A DNA stretch of 40,000 nt from Undibacterium arcticum (GTDB lineage: Bacteria; Pseudomonadota; Gammaproteobacteria; Burkholderiales; Burkholderiaceae_D): assembly GCF_042660705.1 (NCBI RefSeq), contig NZ_JBHSUQ010000001.1; one strand, given 5' to 3'. Position numbers and translations under genes: made by a program. Positions 18,212-26,471 of this stretch are shown piece after piece. The notes under the pieces were generated by a model. It was not told the DNA's origin. It saw only the letters and a program-made list of their open reading frames with translations, and made no database searches. The number at the start of each line of letters is the position of its first letter. The first letter of the stretch is position 1.

Positions 18212-19013
18212 TTGGAAGAGATTAGCGTTTCCACCTGGGATGAATTTGTCTCCTTAAGCTCGACGCTGGACGGGTGGGCATTCCGGGGACAGCAGGATGC
18301 GCGATGGCCATTGCTGAGCTCGCTGTCGCGTTATCTCGATGCGTTCATTCCGGACAAGTCCACCTGGCGCCTGCGCGAAGAGCGCGCGATTCGCATCTTT
18401 CGCCGCAAGGCGCACAACTATCTGACCGATTCTTCGGTGCTGAGCAACGATTTACGCTGTATTGCATTGATGCAGCACCATGGTGCGCCTACCCGTTTGT
18501 TGGACTTTACGAAATCACCCTTCGTCGCCGTTTTTTTTTGCGCTCGAAAGCGCGGTGACCGATGCCGCGGTCTATGCGCTAAACACACCGAAATTGTGGG
18601 ATGCGACCCCGGCGAAAAATCCAGCCTTAAATCGGGAAACCATCGATCCCAGAAAGGCAGGAAACTTTGAGCGTTATTTCCTGCAGGACGACAATGAAAT
18701 TGTGTGGACTGGCGAACCGACCGAAATGGACAAGCGGCTGGTCGCTCAATCCGGTACGGTTGTCGTACCCGGCATTCTGAATAAATCGCTGGACGAAATC
18801 CTGAGCAAGTATCGTGATAACGATGCCCTGCTTAAAAAAATAGTTTTGCCGCAACACATACGCGAAGAAGCGATGAAAGCGCTCTACCGGATGAATATCA
18901 CCAATGCGACGCTGTTTCCTGATCTGGACGGTCTGGCAAAATCGATTCGCGTGGAGCTGGAAGTCATTTGGCCTGTGCCGGTAGGTGACGCGATGCGGGG
19001 TGACAATGCATAG
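18212..19013 (+). pseudogene. FRG-domain protein, frameshifted in a T9 run as assembled
   Basis: WAFRGQ, LMQHHGAPTRLLDFTKSPFVA, QSGT motifs. AAGGAG RBS 5 nt before TTG 18212. ORFs 18095-18670 and 18480-19013 join at T9 18531-18539 (...PFVAVFFALESAV...). Confidence 0.75.
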
Positions 19014-19102
19014 AGCGGTTTTCACGTGTACGAGGCCTATGCCGGTCGTTGCTCGCTGGTGAAGCTTCGGACAGAATCAGGCCCTGATTGGTGGACAATT
19101 TG

Positions 19103-20107
19103 TCAGTCGGCTTCGCGCAACAGTCGCATGCCCACAAGCGTATAACGCGTGTCCGGCGAATTCCAGTTGCGATAGGACGACCGCGCATAGAACGACCATG
19201 TGTGCCATGAGCCGCCACGACGCACGCGCACGGCTCCCGTCGCTGGCCCCTTTGGATCGTCGAGCGGCGAGTTCGCATAATAGTGCTCACCATACCAATC
19301 TGCGGTCCATGCCCATGCATTGCCGTGCATATCATAGAGTCCGAATGCATTCGGCGCAAAGCTGCCGACGGGCGACGTGAATGCAAAACCATCGTGTCCT
19401 GCAAGCGCATAGATTGCCCACTTTTCCCAATTTTTCTGCGCATCGGCATCGAATATATTGGCGGCTTTCAACAGAGATTGCGGATCGTCTCCGGTGTAAT
19501 AGCGCGTTCGGGTACCGGCGCGTGCTGAATATTCCCATTCCGCTTCAGTCGGTAGGCGATAGGTCTTCCCTTCCGTCTCGCTCAGCCATTTGCTCATCGC
19601 TACCGCATCGTTCCAGGTGACGTTCACTACCGGATGATCATCGCCTTGCTGAAATCCGGGATTGCGCCATGAGTATTTCGGGTTACGTCCTTCAAATGCA
19701 TCGCCGCGCACCGATTTGGCCGGGTCATAGTCGGGGTTGTAACCATAGCCACCGGTACCGTCGGTTTCGGATTCAGGCTTGTAGCCTGACGCTTCCAGGA
19801 ATCGTCGGAACTGGCCGACGGTGACATGGTGCTGTCCGAGATAGAACGCACGCGTGATGCGCACCTTGTGTACCGGTGCTTCGTCGTCAAGTTCCAGGAA
19901 ACGCGCTCGCTCGTATTGTGGATAGGACTTGGCGAGGGAATCGGGCGACTCATCACTGCCCATCATGAATTCGCCGGCGGGAACCAACACGAACTTCATG
20001 CCGACCGAGTTCTCGATTTGTGTCGGTAATGTTGCGGCCGGTCCGATTGACCAGGCTGATGAAGCCATCAGCGACGTGAAAAGGAGAAGCGTTGTTCGTA
20101 GCTGCAT
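19103..20107 (-). CDS. secreted formylglycine-generating-enzyme (SUMF1/FGE-sulfatase) domain protein, TagR-like
   Basis: Signal peptide MQLRTTLLLFTSLMASSAWS. Motifs HPVVNVTWNDA, RLPTEAEWEYSARAG, GLYDMHGNAWAWTADWY, RVRRGGSW. Confidence 0.85.
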   Translation of the reverse strand: MQLRTTLLLFTSLMASSAWSIGPAATLPTQIENSVGMKFVLVPAGEFMMGSDESPDSLAKSYPQYERARFLELDDEAPVHKVRITRAFYLGQHHVTVGQFRRFLEASGYKPESETDGTGGYGYNPDYDPAKSVRGDAFEGRNPKYSWRNPGFQQGDDHPVVNVTWNDAVAMSKWLSETEGKTYRLPTEAEWEYSARAGTRTRYYTGDDPQSLLKAANIFDADAQKNWEKWAIYALAGHDGFAFTSPVGSFAPNAFGLYDMHGNAWAWTADWYGEHYYANSPLDDPKGPATGAVRVRRGGSWHTWSFYARSSYRNWNSPDTRYTLVGMRLLREAD

Positions 20108-20429
20108 AGTGCCTCAAAAATGGTGAAGCTGCGCCTCTTAGGCCTCCCGCCAATTGCCGCCAACCGAACGGCCTCCAGCTTGAATTTCCGACCACAGCTT
20201 GTGTTTCCCTTGCGTTCCATGGGACACTTCTTTCAGAGCTAGTATGGCTCTTTTAGTGTGTCCACCAAACGTGGGCAAGATCAAAACGACCCATTAGAGA
20301 CATTCGCATTTCCCGCAAGCGGACGCTCAACGTTCGACATGAGACGGAGACAACGGCGGAACGCCGTCGTCTCTTAGTTCCATGGAGGGGTTAGGCTTCT
20401 TTTTACCTGCTCCATTTTTCATTTCCGAC

Positions 20430-21035
20430 TCAACGTTGATTACACAATATTGATGCGGTCTTTTCGCTACTTTTATTCTGCGAAGCGCATGGATACTGCG
20501 TGTGGACTGTTGATTTGTTATTTTGCTTTTTTGCCGGCCGGTTTGGCCGCCGCTTTTTTTTCGCCTGTTTGAAAACCGGCCCCCACAAAGGATGCTGTTT
20601 TTCACCGGCGTCCAGATCGAAGCTCGGATCAAGCTTCAAGGCTTTGTCGAATTGTTGGCGGCATAGCGTCATGCGTGTGGTCACACAATAACTGAAAGCC
20701 ATGGTTTTTAGTGCCGTCAGCTTCGTGCTCTTGTCAGCCGACCGGCTATCGGCGGGTAAGGAGAGTTTCTGGATCGCGCCGTTGAAATCGCCATTGTCGT
20801 ACAAAGTGAGGCCTTCTTTCAGTGAACTGTTCACTGCGGCCGGAACAACAATAGTTGCCACAGTCGGCGCAGGTGCCACCCTCGGTATCGTCGTCGGAGT
20901 GGAATTGTTGGCAACTGACTTCGGAGCCGGTTCGGCATTGTGGCGCATCTCTGCACAGCCTATCAAAGCGAAACACAGGATGACACATTGAGCAAAACCC
21001 AGGTTTGTCAGATTGGATGGCATGGTTGCTGTCAT
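20430..21035 (-). CDS. lipoprotein, TssQ-like; the C-terminal tail as assembled is probably out of frame, with a likely true stop at 20518
   Basis: Lipobox FALIGC. TPR-like core. Motif ...KTMAFSYCV...C..QFDKALKLDPSF...HPLWGPVF. Reading the T8 run (20554-20561) as 9 gives ...FKQAKKKAAAKPAGKKAK* ending at 20518. The ATG overlaps the reconstructed kinase stop (ATGA). Confidence 0.55.
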   Translation of the reverse strand: MTATMPSNLTNLGFAQCVILCFALIGCAEMRHNAEPAPKSVANNSTPTTIPRVAPAPTVATIVVPAAVNSSLKEGLTLYDNGDFNGAIQKLSLPADSRSADKSTKLTALKTMAFSYCVTTRMTLCRQQFDKALKLDPSFDLDAGEKQHPLWGPVFKQAKKKRRPNRPAKKQNNKSTVHTQYPCASQNKSSEKTASILCNQR

Positions 21036-22636
21036 TGCGATTTGTTGCCGTTGAAATCGTGTTCGAGCGTGGCCGGCTCGTTGTTGCTGACACGAATCTC
21101 TGTGACGTAGTCGGGGAAGGCGGGATTCACGATCCTAACCTTATATTTGCCCTCGGGCAGCGCGAGTTTCTTAATCGGTGGGCTTACTCCCTTTTCGACG
21201 CCGTTTTACATATACAACACCCCATGGCCTGACGCTGAGTTTGACATTGATGGCCTGCGCTGCAGCTTGGGTTGCCACATGCGCCGCGCTGGCAGCAGCG
21301 GTAGTTGTTACTGTACTTGCAACAGTACTTGCCACGGTTTTTTTCTGTCGGCAGTTTGTCTTGGGCTGCTCGCCGTTGCGCTGGTCGTTCCGCTGGCAGG
21401 GATGGTATGCAGATCGTCGGCCGATACCGTCGGTGCATTACTCGTGTTGGTGATCTCTGAAGCGGGAGTTGCTGCAACCAGCGGTGCCGGTGGATGGTCG
21501 ATGATAACTTGCTGATCCCTGCTACCCGGCGCAAATTTTGCAATAGCGACCAGGGTCAGTAGCGCCGCCGCAGCCACCGGCAGGGCGATTTTCCAACGCT
21601 TCCACCAGACCGTAGCGCCGGCAACTTCGACTTTCTTTTCGTCAGTTTCTAGAAGAGCAGAATTGATTAGAGGCGGCGCCGGTGAATAGGAAACCGCACC
21701 GGCCTTGACCCCGAGCAGGATACGAAATTCGGCGATGGTTTTCGGCCTTTGCTCCGGCAAAACTCTGAGACCGACATTGATCGCATCGAGGAAGGATTCG
21801 CTGTAAGCCGGGTAGTTGGCAGTGCTCAGATTTTCTATCGGATCCTTGATCATGCGCGCCACCGAGCTTGGCGGTGCCTTTTTCGCGATCAAGCTGTAAA
21901 TCACTGCGGACAAGGCGTAGATATCGGTCCATGGTCCCTGTGCCATGCTTTCGTCGTCGGCGTATTGCTCAACCGGGGCAAAGCGCGGTTTCAGGATCAC
22001 CGTCAGTGATTGCGGCATACCGCTGATGACTTGGCGCGCAGCGCCAAAATCCAGCAAAACCGGTGCGCCGTTTTTCTGGATCATGATGTTTTCCGGCGAA
22101 ATATCGCGATGCAGAACTTGCGCCTTGTAGAGCAAATCCAGCCCGGACAAAATCGACTGCAGCATTTTCTTTAACCAGGATTCGGTGATCAGCTCGGGTC
22201 GGTGTTCGGCCAGATGTTGCAAGGTTTGACCCTGGTAATACTGCATCGCCATGTAGGCGGTTTTGTTCTCTTCCCAAAAACGATACACCTTGACCAGTGC
22301 CGGATAATCGAATTGTGCCAGCAGGCGCGCCTCGTTGATATAGCTTTTCAGGCCGGTATCGAAAGCTTCCAGATGTTTGGCTGCGCGTACCAGGACGGTG
22401 TTGTGATGGCCGCGCGCGGCCAACGACATTGGCATGTACTCTTTGATGGCGACCGTGCGCTGCAGGCTGTGATCGAAAGCCATATAGACGATGCCGAAAC
22501 CACCTTCGCCAATCACGCCGGTGATTTCAAAATCGGACAGGCGCGTGCCGATGGGCAGGCAATTGGACGAGCCGCTTTTGCCGGGCAGCGGGCGAACTTT
22601 GTCTTCGGGGCTCGTGCTCATATCGTTACTTGGCAT
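21032..22636 (-). CDS. Hanks-type Ser/Thr protein kinase (PpkA-like): kinase domain, one TM helix, low-complexity linker, small PEGA-like periplasmic domain; two frameshifts in the 3' part as assembled
   Basis: GEGGFG, VAIKEY, HRDISPEN, DFGAAR, and TM helix WKIALPVAAAALLTLVAIA in ORF 21308-22636. Correcting the T7 run 21338-21344 and the T4 run 21204-21207 extends it through ...INVKLSVRPWGVVYVNGVEKGVSPPIKKLALPEGKYKVRIVNPAFPDYVTEIRVSNNEPATLEHDFNGNKSQ* to TGA 21032-21034. Confidence 0.8.
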
Positions 22637-23502
22637 TATTGCGCTTTGCTATTGGGAGATTGCGGCATCTGGTCAATCCAGATCGCAAATGCCGTCGTAT
22701 TATCGCGTACTGAAGTCGATTGGCCCTGATTGGCGCGGTGGTCGGCAATCCCTTGCATACGGCTCAGCCAGTCTTGTGCTGAACTCGCTTGCGTCAGCGC
22801 CTGCTCCATTTCGTCTTCAAGAACCCATTCCCACAAACCGTCACTGCAGAGCAGGAACGCATCGCCGGCCGCCAGCTCTTGCATCGTGCTGATGCAAGGG
22901 GTGTAATCGGTTTCGGCACCAATCGCGGCAATCAACACATGTCGATGCGGATGGATGCGCGATTGCTCGGCACCGCAATAACCGGCATCGATATATTGCT
23001 GCACCAAGCTGTGATCCTGACTCATCGCTTGAATTCTTTGCTGCCGGAAAAAATAAATGCGGCTATCGCCCAGATGCGCCCACAGCGCGGCGCCCCGCTG
23101 CGTATCGATCAGCAAGCTGACGACGGTGGTACTCATTTCGCGCAATTGCTGGTCGCTGTCTTGCGCTCGCGCCACGCTCTGGCTGGCGGCGTTCAAATAT
23201 GCGGATAACTTCTCTACGCTGAAAGCGGAATCGGCGGCAAACGCAGTGCTGATCGCCTTGATCGCAACTGCGGCAGCGATTTCACCACCCTTGTGTCCGC
23301 CTGCGCCATCGGCCACCAGAAAGCAATGCAGACCCTCATTGTGCAAACTGTCCAGTGCATCCTGATTACTGTCGCGGCCGCCGATCTGGCACATTTGTGC
23401 GGCATCGATCAGCCAACGCGTTTGCAACGCCCGGGCCATCGACTCACCCGCTACCGCTGCAGTTAAGTCATTTGCCAATGCATTTGCAAATTCGCCGCCC
23501 AT
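22636..23502 (-). CDS. PP2C-family Ser/Thr phosphatase (PppA-like)
   Basis: RDSNQDA, VADGAGGH, GDSR, CSDGL, and a late DN motif. The stop overlaps the kinase start (TAATG at 22634-22638). Confidence 0.85.
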   Translation of the reverse strand: MGGEFANALANDLTAAVAGESMARALQTRWLIDAAQMCQIGGRDSNQDALDSLHNEGLHCFLVADGAGGHKGGEIAAAVAIKAISTAFAADSAFSVEKLSAYLNAASQSVARAQDSDQQLREMSTTVVSLLIDTQRGAALWAHLGDSRIYFFRQQRIQAMSQDHSLVQQYIDAGYCGAEQSRIHPHRHVLIAAIGAETDYTPCISTMQELAAGDAFLLCSDGLWEWVLEDEMEQALTQASSAQDWLSRMQGIADHRANQGQSTSVRDNTTAFAIWIDQMPQSPNSKAQ

Positions 23503-23514
23503 GATTATCTTTCC

Positions 23515-24291
23515 TCAGCCTTGACCACCAGTTCGGACTTCAAAGAGTCGAACGGCGATTGCTCTTCGCAACGCGCGATTTCTTTCGTAGGCGTTCAGGA
23601 AAGCGTTGCCTATAGCCGGTTGTTCGTGATGTATGCCTTCCTTGCGGATTTGCCGGAACCTCACACCGTAGGCATCCCACATCTGGGCCTTGTGCCTGGA
23701 TGGGAACCATTTATCCATGCCAATTGGCTCCGGCACATGATCGCTGATATGGCGTGGATGAAAGCGATCCATCGCATCGCGCACACCGGCGCTAAAACCG
23801 GCAAGCATCGCTTTTTGATGCGCATACAAATCGCCGTAAGCCTCTTGCATCGCTTCCACCGGCTCCATGAAACCCGGCATTTTTTTGCGCAGCATCTGCA
23901 ATATGATGGTGTCGCTATCTTGTAAAAATTTCAATGGATTGTTGTTGCGCTTAACGACCACCGTCACATCGGCCTGCACTGCGCGCTTGACCATGGAACG
24001 GCTGGACAGCAAATTGTGCGTGCCGCGTATCGAGACCGATAGCAACTTGCCCAACATCTCCATCAATTCCGGCGTGAGTTTGGAACCAATCCCCCGTCCG
24101 GCCGGATCTTGCGCAATTCCCGCACCGCGCATAAATGCATCAAGCAATTCCTGATGAGCAGGGTCTTGACTGGCGATGTTGTTAACGTCGGCTCTCGGGT
24201 TCGGTTCGAACGAATGTTGATCTGACATCGGCGAGGCTCCTGATTGACGGTCATTACTTTGATGTGAGACGGTTTTGAGAGAGGGAATCAT
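23515..24291 (-). CDS. TagH/Fha1 C-terminal-domain-like protein that lacks the FHA domain
   Basis: ELLDAFMRGAGI, ...VVVKRNNNPLKF..., EAMQEAYGDLYAHQKAM, RFHPRHI, W..Y, and FLNAYE follow, from memory, the conserved pattern of the C-terminal half of T6SS FHA proteins. No FHA signature is present. The best start may be ATG 24228 (AGGAG 8 nt upstream). Confidence 0.55.
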   Translation of the reverse strand: MIPSLKTVSHQSNDRQSGASPMSDQHSFEPNPRADVNNIASQDPAHQELLDAFMRGAGIAQDPAGRGIGSKLTPELMEMLGKLLSVSIRGTHNLLSSRSMVKRAVQADVTVVVKRNNNPLKFLQDSDTIILQMLRKKMPGFMEPVEAMQEAYGDLYAHQKAMLAGFSAGVRDAMDRFHPRHISDHVPEPIGMDKWFPSRHKAQMWDAYGVRFRQIRKEGIHHEQPAIGNAFLNAYERNRALRRAIAVRLFEVRTGGQG

Positions 24292-24403
24292 CCTGACACA
24301 CTAGCTTAAATCATGCCATGCTGCAACATTCCGTGGGGCAAGCACTACAGTCCGACAGTTTTGAGTTATTTAGCAGGCTGCTGAAATGCTCCCAAAGCGG
24401 GCT

Positions 24404-24548
24404 AATGTCGTTCAGTTAAGGCATAACTACCAATTAGTGTCATTCCCGCGGAGGCGGGAATCCAGTGTCGTACGCACGCAAGCCACTGGATCCCCGCCTG
24501 TGCGGGGGCGACAAATTGGGGGGAATTGGCCCTTAACTGAACGGCATT
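24404..24548. repeat. MITE-like 145-bp element with 18-bp terminal inverted repeats and two internal hairpins
   Basis: AATGTCGTTCAGTTAAGG (24404-24421) against CCTTAACTGAACGGCATT (24531-24548), 17 of 18 complementary. Internal ATTCCCGC-GGAG-GCGGGAAT (24442-24461) and CCCCGC-CTGT-GCGGGG (24492-24507). Translations give the junk peptides ...IPASAGMT / SFPRRRES... typical of such repeats. Confidence 0.6.
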
Positions 24549-24769
24549 ACCCCATGCGGGCGGATTGCCGTGTTCGCAATGTTTGGTTTCACCCGGCACG
24601 TTCGCATCTTGAGTTTTTCGCCCATGGCGGGTCTGTTTTTAGCGATTCGGGGTTGATTTCTCCGCATTGCTCACTCCTCACGCCGCCTGTAGCCGTATTT
24701 GCCCCCAGAGAGCGCATTAGATCAAACCCAACAGAGGGCGGAAGTGGTCGAGCAATTCGGTGATACGAC

Positions 24770-25555
24770 TCATTTCTGCACAAAATGCACCGTCAGTGTG
24801 CCTAGGTCGCCATATTGAATGGCGATGTCTTCTCCTGCCGGCAGGTCAAAGCTCCCGGCATACGACCCTGTGATCACGGCTTGACCGGTTTGCAACCCCC
24901 GGCCTTTGCTGCGCAAAAACTCCGCCAGCCAATACAGTGGCGCGCGTGGATCGGCACTCGGATGGTGGCCCTCAAGTTGGGTTGCCTCGCCAGTTGCATG
25001 GGTGATCGTTATCGTCATGTCGCTGGCGGCGCTTGCTGGTCCGGCATCCACCTGCCGGCCGATGAACAGGCCCTGATTGAGCAAGCTATCCGCCAGATTT
25101 TCAGCAAAACTGGCGTCGGCAGCATCGCTGTAACGGCTGTCGATCAGCTCGAGCGCGAGGTGGGTACGCGCTATCGCGGCATCGACCTCGGCCGGCGTGT
25201 AGGGTAGGTCGCGCACGGGCAGGTCACGACCGAGGATGAAGGCGAGTTCCGGCTCCACCCGCGCCTGACCGGCGCGGACCCACACCGCGCATGGTGCGCT
25301 AGTGTGGACGGTGCTGGCATAGATAGGCGCCAAGACCAAGCGCCCGGCAGCGGGCAAGCCGCACTTCCATGCAGCGATGCCATCGCCGAGTTGCTCGCTG
25401 ACGGCGGCTTGTATGGCCAATGCAGCGTCAAGATTGGATGGCCGACAGGACTCCGGCAGGCGAGGCCCTTGCTCGCCCGACCTGCGGCGCACCACCAGGA
25501 TGGTTGCGGCAGTTGAAGCGACATGGTCGGGTTGATGATTCAGACGGTATCCCAT
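24770..25555 (-). CDS. 2-keto-4-pentenoate hydratase / FAH-family hydratase (MhpD-like)
   Basis: 261 aa with core-like high G+C. Overall pattern (...AIQAAV..., EPELAFILG, ...ALELIDSR..., VITGSY...) matches the MhpD/XylJ hydratase family. Confidence 0.7.
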   Translation of the reverse strand: MGYRLNHQPDHVASTAATILVVRRRSGEQGPRLPESCRPSNLDAALAIQAAVSEQLGDGIAAWKCGLPAAGRLVLAPIYASTVHTSAPCAVWVRAGQARVEPELAFILGRDLPVRDLPYTPAEVDAAIARTHLALELIDSRYSDAADASFAENLADSLLNQGLFIGRQVDAGPASAASDMTITITHATGEATQLEGHHPSADPRAPLYWLAEFLRSKGRGLQTGQAVITGSYAGSFDLPAGEDIAIQYGDLGTLTVHFVQK

Positions 25556-26372
25556 GTCTTTCTCGTTCTGATATAGGAGTCGTCATTGTAGAAAGGAGCA
25601 AACACTTCGCTGAAGAATGGAATGTCCTCACTCCCGGTTTGCATTGCTGTGTATTGAAGAGAGGACAGTAACTCAACCCAATAGCGGATGACTTGGAGTA
25701 CATATAGTTGGCGAAAAGGGGCAACGGCAGTCTGCATTCCGGTTCTACGGCTTGCATCTTCAACGTCTGTGATTTCGTCGCCGGTCTCAGACGTATGTCT
25801 GACCATGGCGTGCGGGGCGAGCATCGCGGCGATGGCGGTAGCGTTGCCATCGATGGCTTCCTTTTTGTTCCTCGATACGCGTGTCGCGTATAGCGGTATG
25901 TCTACTTGCGTGAACCATGACGCAATGGGATCACTTTGCCGTTTCGCGCCAACAATCAGATCAATGTTGGAATAGCGATCACCCTGCGCAAACTCTGCCA
26001 GGATTCTTAGAATGGCTTGATGGATGGGGTCATCGAGTTTGCGCAAAAAAAACTGCATGGATATCGACCGCTTCGAAGCTACCACCAGTGACTTCTCGTA
26101 GATGACACCAATCTTGTGTCCGATTTCGTTTTTTTCATGTAGTTGAAATCCGGGAACTGGCCGTTGTGATCAATGAAATGATCGAGCATAAGGCAGAGCT
26201 TTCCGATTCGCTCAAGGCCAGTAGACAGGCTTGTGAATGCTTGGAAATAAACACCCTTGGCTGCGTAGTTGGCGTTTCTAATTTGCGTAGCGCCTGAGCC
26301 AAGCATCTCCTTTGTGAATTGTGCCTCCTTGATCAGAGCATTGAAGGTCTCAGTAAACATGTACGTCGCCAT
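25540..26372 (-). pseudogene. hypothetical protein (about 275 aa once joined), frameshifted in a T7 run as assembled
   Basis: ORFs 26079-26372 and 25540-26085 join at T7 26129-26135 to read ...DFNYMKKNEIGHKIGVIYEKSLVVASKR... Low G+C. No family recognised; KNEIGH faintly resembles a HEPN-type xNxxxH motif. Confidence 0.5.
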
Positions 26373-26471
26373 TGGAAGGTTGAGGGGGCTTACATAGAAC
26401 TGAGCGGCTGGCCGCTCGGAACAAAAGCAAAAACTGACGGCGCGGCCCGGCCAGTCCGATCAACCACCATG

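Noticed and set aside
20327-20632. 101-aa minus-strand ORF overlapping the 3' end of the lipoprotein gene
   Set aside because: It is an alternative frame created by the poly-A/T runs. It has a Lys/Arg-rich junk composition and no start context.
24386-24783. ORFs of 125, 65 and 64 aa across the MITE-like repeat
   Set aside because: Their translations (…SFPRRRESS…, …WIPASAGMT…) are the well-known artefactual peptides produced by GC-hairpin repeats. They are not genes.
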